Assembly: GCA_964548125.1 (NCBI GenBank)
Contig: CAZJQN010000002.1
Coordinates: 1 to 60,406, forward strand
Direction: 5' to 3'
Length of the DNA stretch: 60,406 nt
Source: an uncultured Bacteroidales bacterium
Lineage (GTDB): Bacteria; Bacteroidota; Bacteroidia; Bacteroidales; JAAYUG01
Shown here: positions 45,655 to 55,666 of the stretch, piece by piece
Layout: the number at the start of each line of letters is the position of its first letter
Position numbering within the stretch: position 1 is the first letter of the stretch
The notes under the pieces: generated by a model
Databases searched by the model: none
Seen by the model: only the letters and a program-made list of their open reading frames with translations
What the model was told of the DNA's origin: nothing
Made by a program: the position numbers and the translations under genes

Positions 45655-47784
45655 ATGGAAAATATTTTTCAGAAAATAATTGATTTGCCCGATGGGAGAC
45701 AAATTACCATTGAAACGGGTAAGCTTGCCAAGCAGGCTGATGGAGCTGTGGTGGTAAAAATGGGTAAAACCATGCTTCTTGCTACGGTTGTTTCGGCTAA
45801 GGAAGCTGGTGAAGAAGTTGATTTTGTTCCTCTCTCGGTAGAATACAAAGAGAAATTTGCTGCAATGGGTCGTTTCCCAGGCGGATTCATGAAACGTGAA
45901 ACAAAGCCGTCTGACTATGAAATTCTGGTTGCCCGTTTGGTCGACAGGGCGCTTCGTCCGCTTTTCCCTGAAGATTATCATGCCGAAACCTTTGTTACCA
46001 TCAATCTGATCTCTGCAGAGAAGGATATTATGCCGGATGCTCTGGCCGGTTTAGCTGCATCGGCTGCATTGACCATCTCCGACGTCCCGTTTAACGGGCC
46101 TATTGCGGAAGTTAGGGTCGGAAGAATTGATGGAAAGTTCATTCTGAATCCATCTTACAAGCAACTGGAGCAAAGTGACATGGATATTATGGTTGGTGCT
46201 TCGGCTGATAATATCCTTATGGTGGAGGGTGAAATGAAAGAGGTTTCAGAAAATGATCTGCTGGAAGCTATTAAATTTGCTCATGAAGCCATCAAACCCA
46301 TGTGCCACGCCCAGAAAGAACTGGCGCTCCTGGCCGGCAAAGGGTCGAAGCGAACCTACAGCCATGAAATGAACGATGAGGAAATCAGAAAACAAATCTG
46401 GGAAACAACATACGACAGGGTATATGCCATAGGAAAAGCCGGAATGAGCAAACAGGAGAGAAACAGAGCCTTCGAGGAAATACTTCAAGAACTGCTTGCG
46501 AAATATGCCGGAGAAGAAGATGAACCTGCAAAAACTGTCATGATAAAGCGTTATTATCATGACGTTCAGAAAAAGGCACTCAGGAATTTGATTCTGAGTG
46601 AAAATCTGCGTGTTGATGGTAGAAAACCGGATGAGATACGACACATATCCTGCGAAATTGATTATTTGCCCGCAGCACATGGTTCTGCGTTATTTACTCG
46701 TGGAGAAACCCAGTCACTCACCACGGTGACCCTCGGCAACAAACTCGATATGAAGATTATTGACGAGGTGATGATTCAGGGAACTGAACAGTTTGTTTTG
46801 CATTATAATTTTCCGCCCTTCTCAACCGGTGATGCACGCCCTTCGCGCGGGCTAAGCCGCCGCGAAATCGGCCATGGCAATCTTGCCCACAGGGCATTGA
46901 AACCCGTTATGCCTCTTGCCGATAATCCATATGCTATCAGAGTGGTTAGCGACATTCTTGAATCGAACGGTTCATCTTCCATGGCAACTGTTTGTGCGGG
47001 GACCCTGGCGCTTATGGATGCAGGTATCAAAATCAAACGGCCGGTTTCGGGGATAGCCATGGGACTGATTTCTGATCCCGAAACCAATCGCTTCGCAGTT
47101 CTCAGTGATATCCTGGGAGACGAAGATCATCTTGGCGATATGGACTTTAAAGTAGCCGGGACTGCAGAAGGTATTACGGCAACCCAAATGGATATTAAGA
47201 TTGACGGATTACCCTATGAGGTGCTGGCCAAAGCACTTGAGCAGGCTAAAGCAGGCCGTCTTTATATTCTTTCCAAAATGACCGAAGTCATTTCCGAGCC
47301 AAGACCGGAAATGAAACCTCATACTCCGCGAATAGTTCAGATTATTATCCCCAAGGAAATGATCGGTGCCCTGATCGGTCCAGGTGGAAAAATCGTACAG
47401 GAAATCCAGAACGAGACCGATACCACTATTGTTATTGAAGAAGTTGACAGCAAAGGAGTTGTCGATGTTTTTGCCGACAACAAGGAATCAATTGATGCAG
47501 CTCTTAAACGCATTAATGCCATTGTTGCCGTTCCTGAAGTTGATAAGGTTTATACGGGAACCGTAAAATCTGTAACTCCCTTTGGTGCCTTCGTGGAAAT
47601 ACTTCCCGGTAAAGAGGGTCTTCTCCATATCTCGGAAATTGAATGGCGGAGACTTCAAAGTGTGGATGAAGTATTGAAAGAAGGTGACCAAGTGGAGGTA
47701 AAGCTGATTGATTATGATCAGAAGTCAGGAAAACTAAAACTTTCAAGGAAGGCTCTTCTGCCTCGACCTCCGAAAAAATCCTGA
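45655..47784 (+). CDS. pnp: Polyribonucleotide nucleotidyltransferase (PNPase)
   Basis: Two RNase PH domains, KH ([10 protein letters not shown]) and S1 ([27 protein letters not shown]). Length is 709 aa. Confidence 0.97.
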   Translation: MENIFQKIIDLPDGRQITIETGKLAKQADGAVVVKMGKTMLLATVVSAKEAGEEVDFVPLSVEYKEKFAAMGRFPGGFMKRETKPSDYEILVARLVDRALRPLFPEDYHAETFVTINLISAEKDIMPDALAGLAASAALTISDVPFNGPIAEVRVGRIDGKFILNPSYKQLEQSDMDIMVGASADNILMVEGEMKEVSENDLLEAIKFAHEAIKPMCHAQKELALLAGKGSKRTYSHEMNDEEIRKQIWETTYDRVYAIGKAGMSKQERNRAFEEILQELLAKYAGEEDEPAKTVMIKRYYHDVQKKALRNLILSENLRVDGRKPDEIRHISCEIDYLPAAHGSALFTRGETQSLTTVTLGNKLDMKIIDEVMIQGTEQFVLHYNFPPFSTGDARPSRGLSRREIGHGNLAHRALKPVMPLADNPYAIRVVSDILESNGSSSMATVCAGTLALMDAGIKIKRPVSGIAMGLISDPETNRFAVLSDILGDEDHLGDMDFKVAGTAEGITATQMDIKIDGLPYEVLAKALEQAKAGRLYILSKMTEVISEPRPEMKPHTPRIVQIIIPKEMIGALIGPGGKIVQEIQNETDTTIVIEEVDSKGVVDVFADNKESIDAALKRINAIVAVPEVDKVYTGTVKSVTPFGAFVEILPGKEGLLHISEIEWRRLQSVDEVLKEGDQVEVKLIDYDQKSGKLKLSRKALLPRPPKKS

Positions 47785-47807
47785 TGCAGGTATTTATCCA
47801 CGATAAA

Positions 47808-47843
47808 GCCGGCTGGTATTTTTTACCAGCTGGCATTTTTTTT
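47808..47843 (+). terminator. Rho-independent terminator of pnp
   Basis: Stem GCCGGCTGGTA (47808-47818) / TACCAGCTGGC (47824-47834), with one G-U pair, followed by ATTTTTTTT. Confidence 0.8.
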
Positions 47844-47852
47844 AACCAAGAT

Positions 47853-47900
47853 AGTCAATAGAAACACAATAAACATTTAAGCAATTTGTTTCTATTGACT
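47853..47900. repeat. Perfect 14-bp inverted repeat with a 20-nt spacer
   Basis: AGTCAATAGAAACA (47853-47866) / TGTTTCTATTGACT (47887-47900). The right arm overlaps the first of two 10-bp direct repeats GACTTATCAA (47897-47906 and 47916-47925). Confidence 0.8.
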
Positions 47901-48058
47901 TATCAAGGCAACCCCGACTTATCAAAATCTTTCATTTTGTTAGTCGATGGGTTCAATTGACGAATCTGGGTTTAATTCCTGTTCCTGCTTACAAAATGCG
48001 CGATGAGGCATAGCATATCCTGGTAACTAAGTGGAGTTGCACTTATGAGGCTATTTGT

Positions 48059-48066
48059 TAACTTTG
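48059..48066 (+). promoter_or_regulatory. -7 box (TAnnTTTG) for the S9 peptidase gene
   Basis: TAACTTTG ends 25 nt upstream of the ATG at 48092. Confidence 0.4.
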
Positions 48067-48091
48067 AGGTTCTTATCAATAACCTCCTGTT

Positions 48092-50224
48092 ATGAAAAAA
48101 TTACTTTTTGGTTTATTGGGACTCCTTATGATGCAATCATGCAGTAAAAACCAGCTGAAATATCCTGAGACACGCAAAGAAGATGTGGCCGATACTTATT
48201 TTGGTGTTACGGTTCCTGATCCTTACCGCTGGCTGGAAAATGATACCTCTCCCGAGGTGAAAAAGTGGGTAGAAGAACAAAATAAGCTCACATTTGCGTA
48301 TCTGGAATCAATCCCATACAGAAATGCTCTGAAGAAACGACTCACAGAATTGTGGAACTATGAGCGTGTTTCGTCTCCTTTTAAAGAAGGAGGGAAGTAT
48401 TTTTTGTTTCGTAATGATGGATTGCAGAACCAGAGTGTGTTGTGTATGATGGATCATCCTGATTCCGAGCCTGTTGTGGTACTTGATCCCAATCAATTGT
48501 CACCTGATGGAACGGTAGCCCTGAATACATTTTCCGTTTCGCACGATGGCCACTATCTGGCCTATGCTCTTTCGCGAGCCGGTTCTGACTGGGTAGAAGT
48601 ATTTGTAAGGGATTTGAATACAGGAAAAGACCTGGATGATCACCTGCAGTGGGTAAAATTTTCAGGTCTTGCCTGGGCAGGAAACGGTTTCTATTACAGC
48701 CGTTATGATGCTCCGGACAAAGGCGCTGAGCTTTCTTCCCGAAATACCTTCCAGAAAGTATATTTCCACAGATTGGGAACAAAACAGTCTGAAGACAAGC
48801 TTATTCACCAGCATCCCACGGAAGGTGACCGTATGTACGGAGCATGGGTTAGCCGCGATGAAAAATGGTTTGTATTAGTCGAAAGCAAATGGGGTAGCAG
48901 GGGGAATGCCCTCTGGGTGAAAAGCCTTACCAGGCAGGATGATAAAATGCATTGTGTGGCAGAGGGTTTTGATTATGAAAATGGACTGGTGGATATTCAG
49001 GATGGTGTTCTCTATATGGTTTCAAACCAGGAAGCTCCCAGGTACCGATTATTGAAAATTGACCTTCAGGCTTTGCCAGAGGTGAAGAAAACAGAACTTA
49101 TTCCACAGAAAAATGATGTACTGGAAGCTGCTTATCTGGCTGGCGGAAAGCTGTTTGTTCAGTACCTGCGTGATGTGAAAAATGAGCTGGAAATTTACCA
49201 GACAGATGGTGCGTACCTCCATCCGCTCAGGTTGCCGGCTATTGGAACATTGCTTGGATTTTCGGGAGAGCCGGATGAACAAACTGCTTACTTTACGTTC
49301 ACTTCGTTTAATTATCCGACTACAGTTTTCAGGTATAACATAGAAACTGACAGTTCGGAAGTATGGTTTACACCGAAACTAGATTTTAATCCTGGAAACT
49401 ATGAGGTTGAACAGGTGTTTTATACCAGCAAAGATGGTACCAGAATCCCGATGTTTATAACCTACAAAAAAAGCCTGAAACGGAACGGGAAAAACCCCAC
49501 CCTGCTATATGGCTATGGAGGTTTTAATATTACTATGAAGCCTTCCTTTTCGACAGCAGTTTTGTTATGGCTTGAAAACAATGGAATATATGCTTTGGCC
49601 AATATCAGAGGAGGAGGAGAATACGGCGAACAATGGCATGAAGCTGGCATGAAACTGAATAAACAAAATGTTTTCGACGATTTTATTGCAGCAGCAGAGT
49701 ACCTGATTGACGAAAAATACACTTCGTCGAAAAAACTTGCTATTATGGGTGGATCTAACGGAGGATTGTTGATCGGTGCCGTGGTAAACCAGCGTCCTGA
49801 CCTTTTCAGGGTGGCTATACCTCAGGTGGGTGTTATGGATATGCTGAGGTTCCACAAATTTACCATCGGAGGAGCCTGGGTAACCGATTATGGATCAAGC
49901 GAAGATTCAGTTCAGTTTCATTATTTGCTGAAATACAGTCCCCTACACAATATTAGGGATGGTGTAAATTATCCAGCCATTCTGGTAACTACAGCAGATC
50001 ACGATGACCGCGTTGTACCGGCACATTCCTTTAAATATATTGCTACGCTTCAGGCAAAATATAAAGGGCCGAATCCGGTACTGATACGTATTCAAACCAG
50101 CGCAGGTCATGGAGGGGGAAAACCAACTTCTGTCATAATTGACGAAACAGCTGATATTTATTCTTTTATTTATAAAAATATGGGGATTATACCACCGGTC
50201 GCCCGTCAAAAGGCACAACAATAA
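48092..50224 (+). CDS. Prolyl oligopeptidase (peptidase S9A), lipoprotein
   Basis: Lipobox LLMMQSC, N-terminal DPYRWLE motif, beta-propeller, and a catalytic domain with GGSNGGLL (Ser), DDRV (Asp) and SAGHGGG (His). Length is 710 aa. Confidence 0.9.
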   Translation: MKKLLFGLLGLLMMQSCSKNQLKYPETRKEDVADTYFGVTVPDPYRWLENDTSPEVKKWVEEQNKLTFAYLESIPYRNALKKRLTELWNYERVSSPFKEGGKYFLFRNDGLQNQSVLCMMDHPDSEPVVVLDPNQLSPDGTVALNTFSVSHDGHYLAYALSRAGSDWVEVFVRDLNTGKDLDDHLQWVKFSGLAWAGNGFYYSRYDAPDKGAELSSRNTFQKVYFHRLGTKQSEDKLIHQHPTEGDRMYGAWVSRDEKWFVLVESKWGSRGNALWVKSLTRQDDKMHCVAEGFDYENGLVDIQDGVLYMVSNQEAPRYRLLKIDLQALPEVKKTELIPQKNDVLEAAYLAGGKLFVQYLRDVKNELEIYQTDGAYLHPLRLPAIGTLLGFSGEPDEQTAYFTFTSFNYPTTVFRYNIETDSSEVWFTPKLDFNPGNYEVEQVFYTSKDGTRIPMFITYKKSLKRNGKNPTLLYGYGGFNITMKPSFSTAVLLWLENNGIYALANIRGGGEYGEQWHEAGMKLNKQNVFDDFIAAAEYLIDEKYTSSKKLAIMGGSNGGLLIGAVVNQRPDLFRVAIPQVGVMDMLRFHKFTIGGAWVTDYGSSEDSVQFHYLLKYSPLHNIRDGVNYPAILVTTADHDDRVVPAHSFKYIATLQAKYKGPNPVLIRIQTSAGHGGGKPTSVIIDETADIYSFIYKNMGIIPPVARQKAQQ

Positions 50225-50332
50225 AGAAATATGCCGTTTGCTCTTTTTTTTTGAAAAAACTTTCATTAGATTTGTTCTTTGAATTTCAATGCAATGGAAT
50301 TAATTCAATCCAAATGATAAACTAAATTTTTG

Positions 50333-52075
50333 ATGACTATGAAAAAATTCACAATCAACTATTTTGTAATATTCCTTACCGGAATATTTGTTCTTAGCAG
50401 TTGCGGTGGCCTTGACAAAATGAAAAAGGCTGCCGATCAGGTCAAATATGAAGCTACTCCAAAAGTTCTTGAATTAAAAGGAAACACGGTTGACGTAAGT
50501 TTCAAAGCAACCTTCCCGTCCAAATTCTTTAATAAGAAGGCTGTTCTGGAGATGAAACCCGTGCTTGTATACAACAATCAGGAAAAGGATCTTAAAACAG
50601 GTAAGGTACAGGGAGAAAAAGTTGAAGGAAACGAAAAGGCAATTAAATATCTTGAAGGCGGTAGCTATAGCTGGTCTGCTGATCCGATTCAATATACAGA
50701 TGAGATGCGCGTTGCCCAAATTGTTATCAGGCCCAGTGTTTATATAGCCGGGAAAGAAGCTGCCAAACTGGCTTTGCCGCCTGTTAAAGTTGCTGACGGG
50801 ATTATTGCTACCCAGAAGCTGGTGAAGATTGATGCCAAACCCATTACGATGGAAGATAAATTTGTCCGCACCACCAGCGACAAATACGAATCTCAGATTT
50901 TATATGTCATCAACCGGAGTGATGTTCGTACTTCTGAAATCAAGAAACCGGAAGTTGCAGAACTTGGGAAATATATTAAGGCAACCAAGGATGATCCTAA
51001 TAAACAGCTGAAAGGCATTGAAATTCTGGCGTATGCTTCACCCGATGGACCGATCGATTTAAATGACAGGCTCTCAAAGGCACGTCAGAAGTCAGCCAGC
51101 GAATTTCTGCAGAAAGAGCTGAAAAAAGCCAAAATCTCCGAAGCTGACAAAAAGGAACTCTGGTCTCTGATGGCAACCCCTGAAGACTGGGAAGGCTTCA
51201 AAGCTCTGATGGAGAAATCAGATATTAAAGATAAGGAACTGGTGCTGAGGGTTCTTTCCATGTACAACGATCCGAATGTACGGGAAAAGGAAATCAAGAA
51301 TATGGCCAAGACTTTCGAAGAAATTGCTGAAAAGATACTGCCCCAGCTCCGTCGTTCACGGATGATTGCCAAAGTAGATGTGGTTGGCCGCTCGGATGAA
51401 GAAATTATGAGCACCTATAAGTCCAATCCTTCTGCCCTTTCTCTGGAAGAACTGCTCTATGCCGGAGGCAAGCTGACGAATGACCTTGCCACCAAACAGG
51501 CTATTTATGAAAAAACTGTTGAACTGTTCCCCAATTGTTTCCGCGCCCATAACAATCTTGGATGTGTCTATTTATGGCAGAACAAACTCGATCTGGCTCA
51601 GAAAGAGTTTGAAGCTGCCCAGGCAATCAAGGAAACAGATCAGACTAAATCAAACCTTGGATATGTTGCATTGTTGAAAGGCGATTTCGCAACAGCTGAA
51701 AATCTGTTTACTTCGGTTGCCAGAAATGTAGAAGTTGCTAACTACGGACTGGGAATTATCAATATTACCAAAGGCGAGTATGAAACAGCCATTAAATTCC
51801 TTGGCAATACACCTGAATTCAATACAGCTCTTGCCAAAGCTCTCAATAAAGATAACGAAGGAGCAATGGCTGTTCTGAACAACGTTAAAGGTGATGAAGC
51901 ATTGGTTGCCTACCTGAAGGCTGTTCTTGGTGCCCGTATGGACAACAGTGAAGTTGTTTTCAATAACCTGCGGGTTGCTGTAGCCAAGGATCCTTCTCTC
52001 AAGAAAATGGCTGCAACCGATATGGAGTTTGGTAAGTTCCTTACCAATGATGTCTTCAAATCTATCGTTCAGTAA
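50333..52075 (+). CDS. Lipoprotein with an OmpA-like motif and C-terminal TPR-like repeats; function unknown
   Basis: Lipobox FVLSSCGG. The central AYASPDGPIDLNDRLSKARQKSASEFL resembles the OmpA-family motif (G/Y-x-D..G....N..LS..RA). The C-terminal half is helical repeat (AHNNLGCVYLWQNKLDLAQKEFEAA...). Start is 50333 or 50339 (the track used TTG 50330). Confidence 0.55.
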   Translation: MTMKKFTINYFVIFLTGIFVLSSCGGLDKMKKAADQVKYEATPKVLELKGNTVDVSFKATFPSKFFNKKAVLEMKPVLVYNNQEKDLKTGKVQGEKVEGNEKAIKYLEGGSYSWSADPIQYTDEMRVAQIVIRPSVYIAGKEAAKLALPPVKVADGIIATQKLVKIDAKPITMEDKFVRTTSDKYESQILYVINRSDVRTSEIKKPEVAELGKYIKATKDDPNKQLKGIEILAYASPDGPIDLNDRLSKARQKSASEFLQKELKKAKISEADKKELWSLMATPEDWEGFKALMEKSDIKDKELVLRVLSMYNDPNVREKEIKNMAKTFEEIAEKILPQLRRSRMIAKVDVVGRSDEEIMSTYKSNPSALSLEELLYAGGKLTNDLATKQAIYEKTVELFPNCFRAHNNLGCVYLWQNKLDLAQKEFEAAQAIKETDQTKSNLGYVALLKGDFATAENLFTSVARNVEVANYGLGIINITKGEYETAIKFLGNTPEFNTALAKALNKDNEGAMAVLNNVKGDEALVAYLKAVLGARMDNSEVVFNNLRVAVAKDPSLKKMAATDMEFGKFLTNDVFKSIVQ

Positions 52076-52096
52076 TCGACATTTTCATTTTTAATT

Positions 52097-52140
52097 CATC
52101 AGCCGGTTGACAAAAAGCGCCAACCGGCTGATTTATTTTT
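52097..52140 (+). terminator. Rho-independent terminator
   Basis: Perfect 12-bp stem ATCAGCCGGTTG (52097-52108) / CAACCGGCTGAT (52120-52131), followed by TTATTTTTATT. Confidence 0.8.
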
Positions 52141-52164
52141 ATTCAAGGGTGAAAGCCGATTTTA

Positions 52165-52701
52165 TTATTTGCCGGTAAAAGCAGTAAAGAATTCCCATAC
52201 GACAATTCCTGCGCATACGGCCACGTTGAGCGAATGCTTTGTGCCATGCTGAGGAACAACAATTACCGAATCGCTCAGGTCGACCACATCCTGCCTTACT
52301 CCATGAATTTCATGTCCGAATACAAGGGCATATTTCCGGCTGGTATCAACCTTGAACTGACTCAGCGGTACGTTGTTTTCGGCCTGTTCAACAGAAATTA
52401 TGATATACCCTTCTTTGTGAAGTTCTCTAATGGCTTCGGCTGTATCCTCTCTGTATTCCCAGTTGACTGATTCTGTTGCCCCCAGGGCTGTTTTATGAAT
52501 TTCTGGATGCGGAGGCGTAGCCGTTATACCACATAAAACGATTTTTTCAGCAAGAAATGCGTCAGCAGTACGGAAGATCGAACCGATGTTATTCTGGCTC
52601 CTGATATTATCAAGAACAAGCACCAGAGGAATTTTAGGGGTTTTTTTGAACTCCTCTACCGTTTTTCTTCCCAGTTCTTCGTTCTTAAGTTTGCGGGGCA
52701 T
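52165..52701 (-). CDS. TrmH/SpoU-family RNA 2'-O-methyltransferase
   Basis: LVLDNIRSQNNIGSIFRTADAF, ALVFGHE..GV and IPQHGTKHSLNVAV are SpoU motifs 1-3. The start is moved to the internal ATG at 52701. Confidence 0.85.
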   Translation of the reverse strand: MPRKLKNEELGRKTVEEFKKTPKIPLVLVLDNIRSQNNIGSIFRTADAFLAEKIVLCGITATPPHPEIHKTALGATESVNWEYREDTAEAIRELHKEGYIIISVEQAENNVPLSQFKVDTSRKYALVFGHEIHGVRQDVVDLSDSVIVVPQHGTKHSLNVAVCAGIVVWEFFTAFTGK

Positions 52702-52815
52702 GGAATAAATGTTAATGATTGCAAAAATAATCTTACCTCCGGAAAAACTTTCAGCATGGCGATACATGCAGGTTCATCTATAAAATTGGGTTGGAGGAAA
52801 GGTTTGAGCGAATTG

Positions 52816-54309
52816 CTAAAGAGCTTCTTCCAGGTTGGCTGAGAGAGCTTTGTTTTCGATGAAGTCGTAAAGCGTCAGGCGACGGATGTTGTAAAGGTAG
52901 TTCCAGAAGTTTCGCATGCTTTCAATGTAGGCTCGTCGTGCCTGGTCTTTTTCCGAAAGAGCAACATTCAGGTCAAGGACGCTGATTTTTCCTATGAGAA
53001 ACCGCTGTTTGGTTACTTCATACCGGCTGGCCGCAATAGTATCGGCTTTAGCGGCAATCATAAACTGATCATCCTGTAGGTTAAACTGCATGACCTGAAG
53101 GAAGATGTTTTGCTGAAAATCGGTCTGATCCTGCTGAACTTGTGTCCTGACAACTTCCTGACTGCTCATAGCCATCCTCACTTTCCCTTTTCCCTGTCCC
53201 CAGTCAAGCAAAGGAATTTGAATGCCAACACGCACCCTTTGCTGGCTTTGAGGATCCTGATATACCGCCGCCAGTTCATCGGCTTTTTGTGTAAAGCCAA
53301 GGGAAGCAAACAATGTAGCGTTAAACCCTCTTTCGCCCCTTGCCTGGGCCACATCTCTTTCTGCCTCAATTAACTGCCGTTCCATCCGTAAGATGTCGGG
53401 GTTATTCTGCAAAGCTTCCTGCAGTGTTTTATTATAATCAAGTTCAATGGCAGGAATCTCTGAAGGAATTACCAGTATCAGATCAATGTTTTCGTTAAAG
53501 CCCAGGAAGGAACGCAGGCGTGATTTCTTGAATTCAAGGTCAATCAGGGCTTTGTTCAGTTCAGTTCCTGCATTCAGATGGCTCAATTCCATTTGAAGAA
53601 GCTCATTTTCGGCAATAGTGCCAATGTTGTAACGTCCCTGGGCTATTTTGTACAGTGTATCGGTATTGTTAAAGTTGGTACGGGCAATTTCGAGGTTAAT
53701 CTGGGCGGCGGCAAGGTCGAAAAACAAATCCACTGCCTGGGAAGAAACCTGTTCCAGGCTGCTCACGAAGTTTCGTTTAGCTTCTTCGTATTTTAAAGGT
53801 TCAATTTTTCTTGACCAACGGAGGGCGTTATAGGAAAAGAGTGGTTGGCGGAACCCGATGCTGACGGGAGTTGAAAGATAGGAATGACCGGCCGTCGTTC
53901 CGAGCTGATCAATTCGCTGAAGGTCGCTGTTGATGAAAATACTGCCACCTGTATAAAAAATATTCTGGCTGAGGGAAAGGCTTCCAAGGGTGTTAACCAG
54001 TTTGCGCTCAACAAATTCATCGGTTCCGTCGGGCAAGGTTATTTTTTCTATGCTGCGATTCAGGTCGGGCATAGTGCCTGTGAGAGTGAGGGATGGCAGC
54101 AGGCTGGCCAGATGGGTGCGATACTGCCAGTAACTTGCCCTGAAACGGTGGCGTGCAAGCAATGCCTGGGGCGACTGATCCCGTGCCAGGGCAATTACTT
54201 CCTGCAGGGTTAGTTTTTTTTCTGTCTTCTGAGAATATAGCCGGGAGGGTATTAACGCAACCAAAAAAATACCCTGCCACATCAGGAAAGTTAAGAACCT
54301 TTTATTCAT
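52816..54309 (-). CDS. TolC-family outer-membrane efflux protein
   Basis: Signal peptide, then LTLQEVIALARDQSPQALLA and two repeats of the OEP helical pattern. The start ATG at 54309 overlaps the upstream permease stop (ATGAATAA). Confidence 0.85.
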   Translation of the reverse strand: MNKRFLTFLMWQGIFLVALIPSRLYSQKTEKKLTLQEVIALARDQSPQALLARHRFRASYWQYRTHLASLLPSLTLTGTMPDLNRSIEKITLPDGTDEFVERKLVNTLGSLSLSQNIFYTGGSIFINSDLQRIDQLGTTAGHSYLSTPVSIGFRQPLFSYNALRWSRKIEPLKYEEAKRNFVSSLEQVSSQAVDLFFDLAAAQINLEIARTNFNNTDTLYKIAQGRYNIGTIAENELLQMELSHLNAGTELNKALIDLEFKKSRLRSFLGFNENIDLILVIPSEIPAIELDYNKTLQEALQNNPDILRMERQLIEAERDVAQARGERGFNATLFASLGFTQKADELAAVYQDPQSQQRVRVGIQIPLLDWGQGKGKVRMAMSSQEVVRTQVQQDQTDFQQNIFLQVMQFNLQDDQFMIAAKADTIAASRYEVTKQRFLIGKISVLDLNVALSEKDQARRAYIESMRNFWNYLYNIRRLTLYDFIENKALSANLEEAL

Positions 54310-55663
54310 AATGCAACGATTCAATGGGATCCTTTTCTGAGGCTCTTTTAGCGGGAGAATACCCGAAAATGATTCCAATGGATGCAGAAACGACAAAAGC
54401 CAGCACCACAGAAAAGGGGGAAATCACTGTCAGGATGCCGGAGAAATGTGTTATGAGCTTGCTCAGGACAATACCGAGCAATACCCCCAGAATGCCACCT
54501 GAAATGCTTATCAGAACAGCTTCAGATAAAAACTGCACGACAATATCTTTCCGTGTGGCTCCTATCGCCATCCGGATGCCAATTTCGCGTATCCGTTCCA
54601 GTACATTGGCAAACATAATATTCATGATTCCTATACCCCCAACAAGAAGGGATATGCTCGCAATAGCTCCCAGAACAATATTAAAGATGTCTTTGGTGCG
54701 TTGCTGTTGTTTCAGAAGGAGTTCAGGTACTACAATTTCATAGTCTTTGACTCCCATATGCCTGCGAAGCAGCATGCGTGACAAAACCTCCACTGTCGGG
54801 TTCAACTGGCTTGTTTCGTTTACCTGCACTATAATCCTGTCCAGTTGATGGTAGTTGTTCTTTTTTCCGGAAGAGGCCGCAGAAGAGCTTCTGATAAATA
54901 CTCCACCGCGCCTTACAACAATGTTGGTGAGTTTTTTTGATGTTACAAGTGCACGGTTTTCAAAGCGCATTAACATAGTCTTAACCGGGATAAAAATGTT
55001 ATCATTCTGTACAGTAACTCCAGCAGATTCAAGTCCCGATACCTGAATCATATTCCTCTGAAGTACTCCAATTACTTTCAGCCAAACGTTTCCACATTTG
55101 ATATATTGATTCAGGGCACTTGAATTGGGAAAAAGTTTTGCATCGATGTTGGCACCAATAATACAAACCGGAATCCCTTCTTCTTCCTGATACTTGTCAA
55201 AGGGAACCCCTTTTTCGAGGGGGAGATTGTACAAATCGAAGTAGGAGCGGGCAACACCTATGATCTTAGTGTCAATCCGTTTGCCATTCTGGATAACAAA
55301 CGAATTTACAGTTATTTCAGGACAAACGGTCCTGATACCTGGAATAACCTGGCGGATAGCTTCAACATCGAGTAATGTGAGTCCGGGAGAGAATTTTTTC
55401 TTTTCCTGTGAGGAATTATTCCCAGAGTTGTTCTCTTCACCTGATTCAGGCTCTTCTGGAATGACGGGGCTGATGACTATATTGTTTACGCCCACCATTT
55501 TTATCTGTTCGAGAATCTCCTGTTTGGCTCCGGCCCCTATTGCCAGCATGCTAATAACCGCTGCCACCCCGAAAATAATACCCAGAGCCGTTAGCATTGA
55601 TCTCAGGCGATTATTCAGAAGTGACTCAAATGCAATAACGATATCGTGAACGTATCTTTGCAT
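54302..55663 (-). CDS. MacB-type ABC transporter permease (MacB_PCD + FtsX), no fused ATPase domain
   Basis: N-terminus AFESLLNNRLRSMLTALGIIFGVAAVISMLAIG, a large periplasmic domain, and a C-terminal FtsX pattern ERIREIGIRMAIGATRKDIVVQFL...SPAKRASEKDPIESL. It carries a low-complexity insert PEEPESGEENNSGNNSSQEKKK. Confidence 0.85.
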   Translation of the reverse strand: MQRYVHDIVIAFESLLNNRLRSMLTALGIIFGVAAVISMLAIGAGAKQEILEQIKMVGVNNIVISPVIPEEPESGEENNSGNNSSQEKKKFSPGLTLLDVEAIRQVIPGIRTVCPEITVNSFVIQNGKRIDTKIIGVARSYFDLYNLPLEKGVPFDKYQEEEGIPVCIIGANIDAKLFPNSSALNQYIKCGNVWLKVIGVLQRNMIQVSGLESAGVTVQNDNIFIPVKTMLMRFENRALVTSKKLTNIVVRRGGVFIRSSSAASSGKKNNYHQLDRIIVQVNETSQLNPTVEVLSRMLLRRHMGVKDYEIVVPELLLKQQQRTKDIFNIVLGAIASISLLVGGIGIMNIMFANVLERIREIGIRMAIGATRKDIVVQFLSEAVLISISGGILGVLLGIVLSKLITHFSGILTVISPFSVVLAFVVSASIGIIFGYSPAKRASEKDPIESLHYE

Positions 55664-55666
55664 CTG

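Noticed and set aside
47853-47925. CRISPR-like repeat structure
   Set aside because: There are only two 10-bp direct repeats and one inverted repeat, with no array periodicity and no cas genes. I saw nothing CRISPR-like anywhere else in the window.
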